A stretch of DNA of 63,962 bases, the filler included, from Octopus bimaculoides (taxonomy: Eukaryota): assembly GCF_001194135.2 (NCBI RefSeq). It is 6 parts of 6 records of this genome, joined end to end, with 100 filler letters (N's around TTAATTAATTAA, not from the genome) between each part and the next. Parts side by side here need not be neighbours in the genome. Positions count along the whole stretch, not along the records: positions 48,880 to 54,527 come from NC_068983.1; positions 54,628 to 63,962 come from NC_068986.1; 4 more parts are not named here. One strand, given 5' to 3'. Under the pieces are notes generated by a model. The model had not been told where the DNA came from and did not search any database. It saw nothing but the letters and a program-made list of their open reading frames with translations. The translations under genes were made by a program, and so were the position numbers. This document shows positions 49,615-63,051 of this stretch, piece by piece; positions within the stretch are counted from its first letter, which is position 1; every line of letters starts with the position of its first letter.

Positions 49615-50930
49615 GCAGGGTCATTTGTGCAGCAGACGAAATGCGAAGCGATGCTTATACCGGAGTCTAGCGTTTTAAGTTCAGCTCCCACTGAGGTCAC
49701 CTTTGCCTTTCTTCTTTACTAGGTCGATAAATAAAGTACCTATCCAGGCGGGATAGAATGTTGGAATCGTTAAAGCAGTCTCTCGGAATGCTTTAACGAT
49801 TATGATATGAATTCTAGCTCTTCTCAAGAGTTGCATAGCGAATTTTATCAAATTTTAGGGTGTCGAGCGAGCAAAATCGAATCGTTAGCACACCGGACAA
49901 AACGCTTAGCGGCATTTCTTCTGTATTTACGTTCAGAGTTCAAATTCTGCTGAGGCTGACTTTGCCTTTCATCCTTTAGAGATCGATAAAATAAGTACCA
50001 GTTGAATACTGAGGTCAATTTAATCGAAATTGCTGGCCTTGTGCCAAAATGTGAAACCAATATTAGTTCTATAGCTTCCCACTCTGATTTCCAGTCCCAA
50101 CCACCACCCTGCCCTTGGGTGTCTTTAGTACAGTCCACTCTGTTGCAAGTATTCGAGAAAGGTCTCCTAGTTGATGATTGTTATTTTCCCTGCTAATAAT
50201 CCAGGAGGTTTATGTAAAGGATTATTGGCACGACGCTTCCCACCTGCTTAAAATGATTTTTAAAAATGCTATGATCTGAAGATAAGAATTTTAGGCAGGA
50301 GAAGTTTTACAAATTAGTTCACGAGAGTTACCTCCCTTGCATTAAGAAATTGATTTTACCAACCTGAATAAATTTCTAATACTGATTTCAAATTTTGGCA
50401 CAAGGCCAACAATGTTAGGAAAGCAGTCGATCGACCTCCATGTTCAACAGATACTCCTTTTATTGACCCTGGAAGGATGAAAAGTAAAATCAACCTTGGC
50501 GGAATCTGAATTCAGGTACAAGGCCAGCAAGTTCGGAGGAGAGGGCTAGTCGGTTACATCGACCCCAGTACTCAACTGGTACTTATTTTATCGACCCCAA
50601 AAGGATGAAAGGCAACGTCGACCCTAGTAGTATTTGAACTCAGAACGTAAAGACGAAGGAAATGTCACTAAGCATGCTAACGATTCTGTCAGCTCGTTGC
50701 CTTATAAATTTCTAATATTAACTGGTCGATTAGGGCGGCGAGTTGGCAGAATCGTTAGAATTCCGAAGGAAATGCTAAGCAGCATTTCATCCGTCTTCAC
50801 GTTCTGAGTTCAAACTCCGACGAGATCGATCTTGCCTTTCAGAGTTCGATAAAATAAAACACCAACTGACCATTGGAGACGGTGTAAAGGACTTACCCCT
50901 TCCTCGAAATTGCTGGCCTTGTGCTTAATG
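49615..50930. mobile_element. Cluster of SINE family B copies in both orientations
   Basis: Plus-strand copies at ~49615, ~49865 and 50733; minus-strand copies at ~50395-50510 and 50515-50705. Confidence 0.8.
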
Positions 50931-51392
50931 TAAAATGAAAGTAGAAAAAAATATTAACAAGCCGAATGCAGCCTTAAATAAGAATAACGTCGCTGTAAAA
51001 TTTTCCAAGAAATGTGTTGTAGAATATTTCACACAAAGCAAAACGTCTTTATGTAAGGTCGTAGTAAATATCTTTCCATAATTCGGAGTGGTCAGCCAGT
51101 TTATAGAAATCATAACAATAGACTTTGTAGTGAAAAGAACTTATTCAAAAAGAAGTTATTCATTTTTACGTTTTTCTTTTATTTTATTTTACAGAAAGTA
51201 CTTAACTGAAATTCACTGGCAATGAATACAATACAGATAAACATATTTAGATTTATAAGCTGCATATTAAATTCGAAAGGTTCGTATTTGGGACAAAACT
51301 AAAATGAAATAAACAAATATTTACAATTTCTAATGGGTGTGATGTGTGTGTGTTTGTGTGCGTGCGTGTGCGTGCGTGCGTGCGTGCGTGCA

Positions 51393-51444
<52 letters not shown>

Positions 51445-51666
51445 NNNNNNNNNNNNNNNNNNNNNNNNNNNNNNNNNNNNNNNNNNNNNNNNNNNNNNNN
51501 NNNNNNNNNNNNNNNNNNNNNNNNNNNNNNNNNNNNNNNNNNNNNNNNNNNNNNNNNNNNNNNNNNNNNNNNNNNNNNNNNNNNNNNNNNNNNNNNNNNN
51601 NNNNNNNNNNNNNNNNNNNNNNNNNNNNNNNNNNNNNNNNNNNNNNNNNNNNNNNNNNNNNNNNNN

Positions 51667-51710
<44 letters not shown>

Positions 51711-51712
<2 letters not shown>

Positions 51713-52122
51713 CGTGGCTGTGTGGTAAGAAGCTCGCTTCCCAACTAAATGGTTCCAGCTTCAGTCCCACTGCATGGCACTTTGGGCAAGTGTCTTCTAC
51801 GATAAACGTCGGGTCGACTAAAGCCTTGTGAGAGGATTTGGTTGACGGAAACTGAAAGAAGCCCGTTGCATGTGTGTGTGTGTGTGTATTCATGTGTGTG
51901 TATCTTTGTGTCTGTGTTTTCCCCAAACCCATTACCACTTGACAACCGACGTTGGTGTGTTTACGTCATGTAACTTAGCGGTTCGGTTAAAAAACCGATA
52001 GAATAAGTACCAGGCTTACAAAGATTAAGTTCTGGGGTCGATTTCTTCAACTAAAACCCTTTAAGGCGATGCTCTAGCATAGCCACAGTCAAAATGACTG
52101 AAACAAGTACAAGAATAAAAGA
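51711..52122 (+). mobile_element. SINE family A, full length
   Basis: Runs from ggcgtggctgtgtggtaagaag through gactgaaacaagtacaagaataaaagaa. Confidence 0.88.
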
Positions 52123-53877
52123 ATATATATATATATAGACATAGACAAAGATATGCATATATNNNNNNNNNNNNNNNNNNNNNNNNNNNNNNNNNNNNNN
52201 NNNNNNNNNNNNNNNNNNNNNNNNNNNNNNNNNNNNNNNNNNNNNNNNNNNNNNNNNNNNNNNNNNNNNNNNNNNNNNNNNNNNNNNNNNNNNNNNNNNN
52301 NNNNNNNNNNNNNNNNNNNNNNNNNNNNNNNNNNNNNNNNNNNNNNNNNNNNNNNNNNNNNNNNNNNNNNNNNNNNNNNNNNNNNNNNNNNNNNNNNNNN
52401 NNNNNNNNNNNNNNNNNNNNNNNNNNNNNNNNNNNNNNNNNNNNNNNNNNNNNNNNNNNNNNNNNNNNNNNNNNNNNNNNNNNNNNNNNNNNNNNNNNNN
52501 NNGGCAGAAACGTTAGCACACCGGGCGAAATGCTTATCGGTATTTCGTCTGCCGCTACGTTCTGAGTTCAAATTCCGCCGAGGTCGACTTTGCCTTTCAT
52601 CCTTTCGGGGTCGATCAAATAAGTACCAGTTACACACTGGGGTCGGTATAATCGACTTAATCCGTTTGTCTGTCCTTGTTTGTCCCCTCTGTGTGTAGCC
52701 CCTTGTGGGTAGTAAAGAAATAACACATGCACATGTAGGCATGCGTACACATGTGTGCGCTCCACCCACCCATTACCACCAACAACTTTGTTTCCTCATA
52801 ACTTCCAGAAAAATGTATATTCTTTTAGTGAAATTTTCTACAAATACGCTTTGGGTGGTGCGTATTACCATTGTATTGGATTTTAATGAGAAGAAAATTT
52901 TCCCAAGGATGGGCTGAGGGGTTTCAGAAAATTCACACGAGTCGACTTTGTTTCCTCATATCTTTCAGAAAATAGGTATATTTTATGAAATATTCTACAA
53001 ATACTTTTCAGATTACACAGATTACGATTATATCGTTATTTAACATGAAAAAGAAAATTGATGTTATCGTACACATACATACTGACTCACATCACAATTG
53101 TTTTTAGAAATTTCAAGTGTCACTTAATAAGAATATGTGATGTGTCAGTGGGTATGAGCACGAGACTACCATTTTTTTCCCCCATTTTAAATTCCGTTGT
53201 AATTATTATCTACGTAATCTGAAAGGTATTTTTTGAAGATTACATAAAAATTTACCCGTTTTCGTGAAAGCCAACTTACGTGAATTTTCCGAAACCCTTC
53301 NNNNNNNNNNNNNNNNNNNNNNNNNNNNNNNNNNNNNNNNNNNNNNNNNNNNNNNNNNNNNNNNNNNNNNNNNNNNNNNNNNNNNNNNNNNNNNNNNNNN
53401 NNNNNNNNNNNNNNNNNNNNNNNNNNNNNNNNNNNNNNNNNNNNNNNNNNNNNNNNNNNNNNNNNNNNNNNNNNNNNNNNNNNNNNNNNNNNNNNNNNNN
53501 NNNNNNNNNNNNNNNNNNNNNNNNNNNNNNNNNNNNNNNNNNNNNNNNNNNNNNNNNNNNNNNNNNNNNNNNNNNNNNNNNNNNNNNNNNNNNNNNNNNN
53601 NNNNNNNNNNNNNNNNNNNNNNNNNNNNNNNNNNNNNNNNNNNNNNNNNNNNNNNNNNNNNNNNNNNNNNNNNNNNNNNNNNNNNNNNNNNNNNNNNNNN
53701 NNNNNNNNNNNNNNNNNNNNNNNNNNNNNNNNNNNNNNNNNNNNNNNNNNNNNNNNNNNNNNNNNNNNNNNNNNNNNNNNNNNNNNNNNNNNNNNNNNNN
53801 NNNNNNNNNNNNNNNNNNNNNNNNNNNNNNNNNNNNNNNNNNNNNNNNNNNNNNNNNNNNNNNNNNNNNNNNNNNGG

Positions 53878-54527
53878 CTGGTCGTTCTCGACCTGACATT
53901 CAGTTGTGGCAAGATAATCAGGCTAGTTGCTATTTATGCACCCAACATTATGGACCCGCAAAGTGAATATTTTCGTGACCTGGGCAAGTTCCTGGCCACG
54001 TCACATTCGCTAGTATTGTTAGGAGTCTTTAGCACAATATGTGAGGCACACACAGATTGTGTTGGCTCGAACATGAACAGAAAATATAACCCAGGCTTAC
54101 GGGATCTGCTAAGTCACTTTCAGCTAGCAGATCCATATAGGTTGGAACACCCGAACACTCCACAGTGGACGTGGTCAAATAGTGACGGGTCTTCCAGAAC
54201 ATATCTAGATAGGATTTTAATTAGAGAAACAGATAAGTCCATAGCTAAGTGTCCACAGGTTTTTCTAGTCAGCTACAGTGACCACAAGATGGTTACCTGT
54301 AAACTGATAATAGATAAGTTACATAATCAGGGATCTGGCTACTGGAAACTCAATACGTCCCTTTTGGCGATTTAGGAATACAGAAAGCGGATCAAGATAT
54401 TAATACAGAGGGCATTGACAGGTACCATCATTAATAACAAATGGTGGTACGCCCTAAAAAGAGCCATCAAATATGAGTCTATTAGGTTTAGCATAAGTTT
54501 AGCTAAGAATAGGAGATTATTTAGTTA
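53878..54527 (+). mobile_element. Tx1/L1-clade LINE ORF2 apurinic endonuclease domain (decayed, cut by a gap and a linker)
   Basis: DPYRLEHPNTPQWTWSNSDGSSRTYLDRILI...SDHKMV...GSGYWKLNTSLL. The G.GYWKLN motif is typical of L1/Tx1 elements. Confidence 0.9.
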
Positions 54528-56506
54528 NNNNNNNNNNNNNNNNNNNNNNNNNNNNNNNNNNNNNNNNNNNNTTAATTAATTAANNNNNNNNNNNNNNNNN
54601 NNNNNNNNNNNNNNNNNNNNNNNNNNNACTCAGACATACAAACACATACACACATATATATATACATATATACGACAGGCTTCTTTCAGTTTCCGTCTTC
54701 CAAATCCACTCATAAGGCTTTGGTCGGCCCGAGGCTATAGTAGAAGACACTTGCCCAAGATGCCACGCAGTGGGACTGAACCCGGGACCATGTGGTTGGT
54801 AAGCAAACTACTTACCACACAGCCACTCCTACGCATGTAATATTTCATGCAAAGTATCAGACAAAGGAATTTATTTTCCAATATATTTTCAATCAACTTA
54901 TGGGAAATTGCACAGATATAAAAAGAAGAAAAACGCTGTTTGTATGTACGTAGATGTAAATGTCAGTAGAGTTAACCTCGGCAAAATGATAATATAGCAA
55001 GTTTGGCAAAGTATTTTTGACCAACAGAATATCAGCTCCATAGAAACATTTTATTATTCTGCATCATTGCTTTTATTTGTTTATTTCCCTTTCTTGCAGT
55101 CAAAGAAATATTGTCAAAAACTTTCTTTGTTAAAGTCTGTACTAAGTATAGGATTTATTTAGAGCTTTAGATTTCTGTGTGATTGTAAAGAATATGCTGA
55201 ATTGTAAATATCAAAGAATACTTTGAGGAGCAAAATTTCCAGACTTACTTTATTATGAAGTGCATCGCTCTTGCAACTCTTTCGCGGTCCGTGTATTCGT
55301 AACAAAATATTGGTGCATCTGTTTTTATTGTGTTTTACTGAACAGCTATCGTAGTTATGATATCCTGATATCAATACTTATTCCATATTTTTATTCAGAT
55401 TCTACTTACGTTGTAACCTTAGGGGAGTATTAAATATTAGAACATACGCTGATATATACACTGTGTGCGTGAGAGTGTGTGTATGCATGTATGTATACAC
55501 ACACACACACTCATATATATATATATACGTACATATATATGTATCACGCATGTACATCTATATATCTTTATATATATATATATATATNNNNNNNNNNNNN
55601 NNNNNNNNNNNNNNNNNNNNNNNNNNNNNNNNNNNNNNNNNNNNNNNNNNNNNNNNNNNNNNNNNNNNNNNNNNNNNNNNNNNNNNNNNNNNNNNNNNNN
55701 NNNNNNNNNNNNNNNNNNNNNNNNNNNNNNNNNNNNNNNNNNNNNNNNNNNNNNNNNNNNNNNNNNNNNNNNNNNNNNNNNNNNNNNNNGAAAATGCACA
55801 CGAGGTATAAAAGTAATGGCTTTTTTTTATATATGAAAACAAAGATGTATGCATACAAAATAAATTGTTATTGGTGGAATTAGGAAAGATGAAAATCATT
55901 ATCGGGAGTCAATACAAAATGTTATACCGGTTTCGTCGGGGATTACGAAACTGGTATGATGTTTATACCTAGTGTACATTTTTTTTTTTACTTTTCCTAT
56001 ATATACATGTATATATATATATGATTAGAAAACGGAGAAGAAAAAGAGAAAAAATCAACATCGCGAAGACGTGGTACATGCAAAGTATATACATAAGGCA
56101 CTCGTAGAAAGAAAGAAAGCACATCTCCATTTCTCATCTCTCTCTTTCTTTATATAAATATAAAGAGAGAGAGGGGGAGGGAGAGGGAGAGAGAGACGAG
56201 TGAGTGAAAATCGAAAAATGTAACATATTACACTCAACATACTTGGTTCAATAGACATTTTACATGTCTCCACATTACTTTAATCTTCTTTTCTTTCAAC
56301 TAACCATTGGTCTTTGAGGTTCAATCTCAAGTGTTTCTTCCATTTATAACTTAAGAAACTAAGCTTTCTTAATTTATTCGCTGTCTAAGACGGCTGCCGT
56401 TTGCTTTATAATTTCACACTACGTATCCAACCACTTTCTCTCCATATCGCAAAAACTTCAACTTCTAGATCTCATCCACTACAAATCCTTCTTTAATCTA
56501 TCTCAT

Positions 56507-56880
56507 GTTGTTGTTGGCACTCGGTCGCTTACGACGTCGAGGGTTCCAGGTGATCCGATCAGCGGTATAGCCTGCTCGTGAAATTAACGTGCACTCCACA
56601 AACACACGTACCCTTAACGTAGTTTGGGGGGATATTCAGTGTGACACAGTGTTACAAGGCTGACCCTTTGAATTACAGGTACGACAGAAACAGGAAGTAA
56701 CAGTGAGAGAAAGTTGTGGTGAAAGAGTACAGCAGGGTTCGCCACCATCCCCTGCAGAGCCTCGTGGAGTTTTAGGTGTTTTCGCTCAATAAAAATTCAC
56801 AACGCTCGTCTGGGAATCGAAACCGCGATCCTATGACCGCGAGTTCGCTGCTCTAACCACTGGGCCATTGCGCCTCCACC
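56507..56880 (-). mobile_element. SINE family C, full length, with a 14-bp target-site duplication
   Basis: (CAA)n tail at 56507-56516. TTAATCTATCTCAT occurs at 56493-56506 and 56881-56894. Confidence 0.92.
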
Positions 56881-58204
56881 TTAATCTATCTCATATCATC
56901 ATAAAATATATTATTTAAATCTGCATTACTGCCATCCAGCGATTCACTCAACACACTATTCACTCTGCAATCCATTCGAGACGGACGAAGTACTTAGCGG
57001 CGTTCATTCGGCGTGCAAAAACAACAACAATAGTAATTCATTCACGTGTAGAATTGTTTTAACTCGGGAATTACATTTCAGTTGTGTAAGACAAAGTGTG
57101 TGTGTGCGTGTGTGTGTGAGTATGTATGAGTGCGCCTGTGCCTATGTTTGTGTGCGTGCGAATGTAAATGTTTGTGTCAAAAAAAGTGAGAGAGAGAGAG
57201 AGAAAGCGAAATGGAGAATTGCTTAATTTGAGGGTTGATCTTACGCACTTATTCTTACAAAAACCTTGTTTCTTATAGACGAGAAAAATTAATATTTCTT
57301 GAATATTCGAAATTGTACATATTAATCACATGTTTTAAGACGCCACAATTATACTTTTCCCCAAAGGCCTTCATCACATCTTCATCTAACTAGACTTTCT
57401 CGCTTAGGGAATTCGATAGTATATCTCAGTTATTAATACAGATGATTACAAATGCGATTCGTGTGAAAAACCAATCAAAATGAATAAACGTACCGCCTTT
57501 AAGCATGTTATAAAACAGACAACACTAAACACGTACAAGCGTAAGAATAGGAGCTTCTTGAAGTTTTTGCTTTTGTTGTTATTGTTGCCGCTGCTACGTC
57601 TGTTATCGTTGTTGTTGTTGTTGTGAGAGTGAGTTAATTCATGTCTTAGCAAGTTGTTATAATGCTTTCACATCTTATGTTCATATTTTCGATATTTTAA
57701 ATGTCTTCCAATTCACGAAATGTTATCTCATATAACTGGTGCAATATTCTGTTTAACACCAATTATAAGCAGGGAAATAAATAAATTAAACTGTTTTAAA
57801 TTGTCAAGTGGTGATAGTTTATGAATATAATGTAATAAAAGTCTTAGAATATGCACGCATGGAAAACATTTCATTTGTCTCATGTTAATTTCTTTTATCA
57901 CGTGTTTCTTTGCTTATGCCTATTTTGGTGTTGAATATATGTGGTGGGTGGGTGTATGTGTGCGTGTGTGTGTACTTCATCTGTCCCATTTAAATATTGT
58001 TTGTGGCGTGTTTTTGTTTACTCCTATATTATTGTTAATTATACACATACACATACATATATACACAAGCATACATACAAACATACACACATACGCATAT
58101 GTGTGAATGTACACACACACACACACACATACATGCATACATACATACATACATACATACAAAAAACACACATACATAGTTGTATATGCCAGCACGCAGC
58201 CTTC

Positions 58205-58243
<39 letters not shown>

Positions 58244-58245
<2 letters not shown>

Positions 58246-58974
58246 GTCATTTAAAACCGGAAACGGAAGCTCTAATCTGTGCTGCCCAAGATCAATCACT
58301 ACGAACAGACTACATAAAATACAGAATAGACAACGCATCAGAAAGTGATAAGGCAGAATCTGTGGACAAAATGGTGAAACCGTATGGCATATTACCAGCC
58401 AATGTACGCCATGAGCCCAGAAGGAATATAAGAGACGCCACGATAATATAGCCAGGCTTGTCCATTGGACACTTTGGATCAAGTATGGACTTGACAGAGT
58501 AAGAAATTGGTACAACCAAAAACCCGAATGCATCATCGAAAATGATAATGCAAAGAACCTATGGGATTTTATGATTCAGTGCGACCCAAAGATAGAGAAT
58601 AGGAAACCAGACATAGTGTTATGTCACAAAGAAAGCAAACTATGCTGGATCATAGATATAGCATGCCCAGGTGAAAACAAGGTATGCGATATGGAAGAGA
58701 GAAAAGTCGAGAGATATGACAGGTTAGCTTGGAAGGTTAAGCAGTTGTGGTCGAGGAAAAAGGTAGCAGTAGTACCACTAACTGTCGGAGCCCTGGGAAC
58801 AGTGAGCAAAAATCTCGAGAAGTACGTGGAACAAATAGGGGCTGCAATAAGGGTTGAGCACTTGCAGAAAACAACACTAATTCGAACCGCTCTAATACTC
58901 CGGAAGGTGCTCGAAAAATAAGAGGTATTACTTCAGTTCACTGGTAGAGAATAGCTGACACTGTAGTATCATCC
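58244..58974 (+). mobile_element. R4/Dong-type RLE retrotransposon 3' part, copy 1 (5'-truncated, begins after a (TAA)n tract)
   Basis: CCHC knuckle (C.GQNGETVWHITSQC) plus an RLE domain: RKPDIVL...CWIIDIACPG.NKV..E.RKVERYDRLAW.VKQLW...VPLTVGALGTV. Confidence 0.9.
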
Positions 58975-59700
58975 NNNNNNNNNNNNNNNNNNNNNNNNNN
59001 NNNNNNNNNNNNNNNNNNNNNNNNNNNNNNNNNNNNNNNNNNNNNNNNNNNNNNNNNNNNNNNNNNNNNNNNNNNNNNNNNNNNNNNNNNNNNNNNNNNN
59101 NNNNNNNNNNNNNNNNNNNNNNNNNNNNNNNNNNNNNNNNNNNNNNNNNNNNNNNNNNNNNNNNNNNNNNNNNNNNNNNNNNNNNNNNNNNNNNNNNNNN
59201 NNNNNNNNNNNNNNNNNNNNNNNNNNNNNNNNNNNNNNNNNNNNNNNNNNNNNNNNNNNNNNNNNNNNNNNNNNNNNNNNNNNNNNNNNNNNNNNNNNNN
59301 NNNNNNNNNNNNNNNNNNNNNNNNNNNNNNNNNNNNNNNNNNNNNNNNNNNNNNNNNNNNNNNNNNNNNNNNNNNNNNNNNNNNNNNNNNNNNNNNNNNN
59401 NNNNNNNNNNNNNNNNNNNNNNNNNNNNNNNNNNNNNNNNNNNNNNNNNNNNNNNNNNNNNNNNNNNNNNNNNNNNNNNNNNNNNNNNNNNNNNNNNNNN
59501 NNNNNNNNNNNNNNNNNNNNNNNNNNNNNNNNNNNNNNNNNNNNNNNNNNNNNNNNNNNNNNNNNNNNNNNNNNNNNNNNNNNNNNNNNNNNNNNNNNNN
59601 NNNNNNNNNNNNNNNNNNNNNNNNNNNNNNNNNNNNNNNNNNNNNNNNNNNNNNNNNNNNNNNNNNNNNNNNNNNNNNNNNNNNNNNNNNNNNNNNNNNN

Positions 59701-60800
59701 AGACAGAACGACAAAGATGTTGCTGACTAGATATGGGACACTCCAAACACAAAGAGACACAGATAGATTGAATGTAGGAAGAAAATGAGGGGTAAGAGGA
59801 CTTATTGGATGCAAACACAGCATTAGAGTAGAAGAAAACAACATTGCATGGTATGTAAAAAATGCCACAGAACCGCTATTATTGGAAGTTAGAAGGTCAG
59901 GCTTGTATACGTTGGAAGATTACAAAGATAAAGCAATGTACAAGCACTTGAAAATGAATGAAAGTGAAAATAGGTGGATAAAGAAAAAGGATGCATAACG
60001 AATTTTATAGGAATGTTGATGATAAAAAAATTACTAAGGATGACTAAAAATGATTTGTAAACGGAAACGGAGGCTCTAATCTGTACTGCCCAAGAGCAAG
60101 TGTTAATAACGAATTAAATCAAATACAGAATAGACAACACATTAGAAAGTGATGCATGCAGAATTTGTGGACAAAATGGTGAAACCGTATAGTATGTTAC
60201 CAATCAATGTACGCCTCTAGCCCAGAAGGAATGTAAGAGACGCCATGACAATATAGCGAGAATTGTCTATTGGACACTTTGCAACAAGTATGGACTTGAC
60301 AGGGCAAAAATGTGGTACGAACATAAACTTTAAGGCATCATCAAAATTGATAGTGCAAAGATCCAATGATATTCTATGATTCAGTGCGACCATGAGATAG
60401 ACAATAGGAAGTCAGACATAGTATTAATTGACAAAGAAAGTAAACGATGCTGGATCATAGATATAGCATGCCCAGCTGACAACAAGGTATGCAATAAAGA
60501 AGAAAGAAAAATTGTGAGATATGACAGGTTAGCTTGGGAAGTTAAGCAGTTGTGGCTTCTGAAAAAAGGTGATAGCGGTACCAATAACTGTCAAAGCCCT
60601 GGCAACAGTGGGTAAGAATCTTGAGAAGTACATTGAACAATTAGGGGCTGCAATACGGGTAGGGCACTTGCAGAAAACAGCACTGCTTGGAACCGTACGA
60701 ATACTCCCGATGGTGCTCGAAAAATAAGTAGTGTTAACTTACTTCACTGGTAGTTGACAGCTGACACCGTAGTACACCTCCAGCGTTAGAAGCTGTGCAA
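59701..60800 (+). mobile_element. R4/Dong-type RLE retrotransposon 3' part, copy 2 (ends in (TAA)n at 60805-60897)
   Basis: Same CCHC and RLE motifs, with stops and frameshifts. The 3' UTR cagcgttagaagctgtgcaa is directly followed by TAA repeats. Confidence 0.9.
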
Positions 60801-60809
60801 TGACAATAA

Positions 60810-60898
<89 letters not shown>

Positions 60899-61259
60899 CG
60901 ATGTTGATTTGGATTTTTTTTTACAAGGCCAGCAATTTTGGAAGAGATGTAAGTCGATTACATCTACTTTACTGTTTGACGTATTTCACGAAAGAACGAA
61001 AAAATAATTTTGACCTCGGAGTGATCTGAACTCCGATCGTAAAGACAGACGAAATGTCGCGAAACATTTTGACTTTCCCGGTAATGATTCTGCCAACAAT
61101 TTCATAAAATAATGATATTGACCATCTCTTAAGTGAATGCTCTAAGCTTGCTCAAGTATTGCATTAGGAAGTCAGCCAAGTAGAGAATGAAGAGGGGTGC
61201 GAACGAGCCTAAAGTTATGATTTACAATGATAATTATATGGCTTCAGAAAATTTCCCCA

Positions 61260-61445
61260 CAAAGAAACAAGAAAACTAGATATGGTAATAGATGCCAAAA
61301 TATGAAAAATGCAATGCCAAATAATCATAGGGTTGATACCAAAATAATTCTTTAAAATTGAGAAATATCAGGACCTAGTTAGCGATTTGAAGAGATTGGG
61401 GAAGCTAAAGGTAATAATTGTTTGTGTAGTGCTCCTAGAACAACA
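61260..61445 (+). mobile_element. Older RLE-domain fragment (R4-like)
   Basis: RKLDMVID...KIEKYQDLVSDLKRLGKLKVIIV resembles the PD..D and EK..KY.DL motifs of RLE domains. Confidence 0.5.
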
Positions 61446-61699
61446 CCTGACGGCTTCTGTGTGAATTACACTTCATGGCTACACAAAAGTGTATCTGAAT
61501 TGCAGTAAATATATGGAGCCAATTTCGTCTGCTTCGTCACCTGAATCAGACATTTTCTGGGTCCATATGGAATGCTTCAGTGTTAATGACTATCATTATA
61601 TTCTGAGATGCTAAACATTATACAAATTCAATATTAAACTATCCAACTGCATCCAGCTTCTAGTACTCCTATATATTTCCAGGATTAGAACCCGAATGA

Positions 61700-62095
61700 C
61701 CACCGTGATTTCTTCAAGATCACATTAGCACCTTATCAAAATGGCAGAACCAGTCAAATGTTTGAAATACAGATGAAGGTTCAAAGGTTAATGTACCCCA
61801 GCACATAATGGCTATTATCACACAGGGTTGTGTCATGCCACTAACGTTACGGAATGATATACTCCAATGAGTGCCTCCAGGAGTCTGGAAGAATCTATTT
61901 GTCCGTCATGTTTTGCAACGGAATTGACCTCAAATCTCAACACTCCAAAGACCCCTCTATTACAGCACAGGTCAAATTACATGGATTTCGGACCTGCGGC
62001 CGCAACGCTCGTTCAAGAGCGACCTAAATAAGTGTAAACGGCATAGAGGTCCAGGAGGACACCGTGATATCGCATTTTGGATCAATTATCACGTT
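61700..62095 (+). mobile_element. Decayed RT fragment (RTE-like)
   Basis: ITQGCVMPLTL and VNGIEVQ..TVI.HFGSII remnants. Confidence 0.45.
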
Positions 62096-62206
62096 AATTC
62101 TTACTGCGTCCTGATATATTGACCTGAAGTTACAACTTCGGTGTCACTATCGCCCCACGGTTGTGAGCTTCATAAATTCTATTCTCAGTATTTGCATCCA
62201 AGAGAA

Positions 62207-62389
<183 letters not shown>

Positions 62390-62390
<1 letters not shown>

Positions 62391-62958
62391 ACCCAGAAGG
62401 AATATAAGAGACGCCTCGACAATATAGCAAGGCTTGTCCATTGGACACTTTACGACATGTATGGACTTGACAGTGGTACGACCACAAACCCGAAAGCATC
62501 ATCGAAAAAAATAATGCAATGTTCCTGTGGGACTTTTTGATTCAGTGCGACCATGAGATAGAGGATAGGAACTCAGACATAGTCTTAATTGAGAAAGATA
62601 GCAAACTATGTTGGATCAGAGATATAGCATGCCCAGCTGACAACACGGTGTGCGATAAAGAAGAAAGAAAAGTCGAGAGATATGACAGGTTAGCTTGGGA
62701 GGTTAAGCAGTTGTAGTCGCTGAAAAAGGTGGTAGTAGTACGAATAATTGTCGTAGCCCGAGGAAAAGTGAGTAAAAATTTTGAGAAGTACATGGAACAA
62801 ATAGGGCTGCAATAAGGGTGGAGCACTTGCAGAAAAGAGCACAGCTTAGAACCGCTCGAATACTCCGGAAGGTGCTCTAAAATAAGAGGTGTTACCTTAG
62901 TTTGCTGGTAGGGAACAGCTGGCACTGTAGTACATCTCCAGCGTTAGAAGCTGCGCAA
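62390..62958 (+). mobile_element. R4/Dong-type RLE retrotransposon 3' part, copy 3, lying between (TAA)(TGA)n and (TAA)n tracts
   Basis: QKEYKRRLDNIARLVHWTL...LWDFLIQCDHEIEDRNSDIVLI...DIACPADN; same 3' UTR as copy 2. Confidence 0.9.
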
Positions 62959-62977
62959 AGTTATTATTATTAATAAA

Positions 62978-63050
<73 letters not shown>

Positions 63051-63051
<1 letters not shown>

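Noticed and set aside
52785-53010. Two diverged ~65-bp direct repeats about 155 bp apart
   Set aside because: Probably an old local duplication or TE-internal repeat with no further structure.
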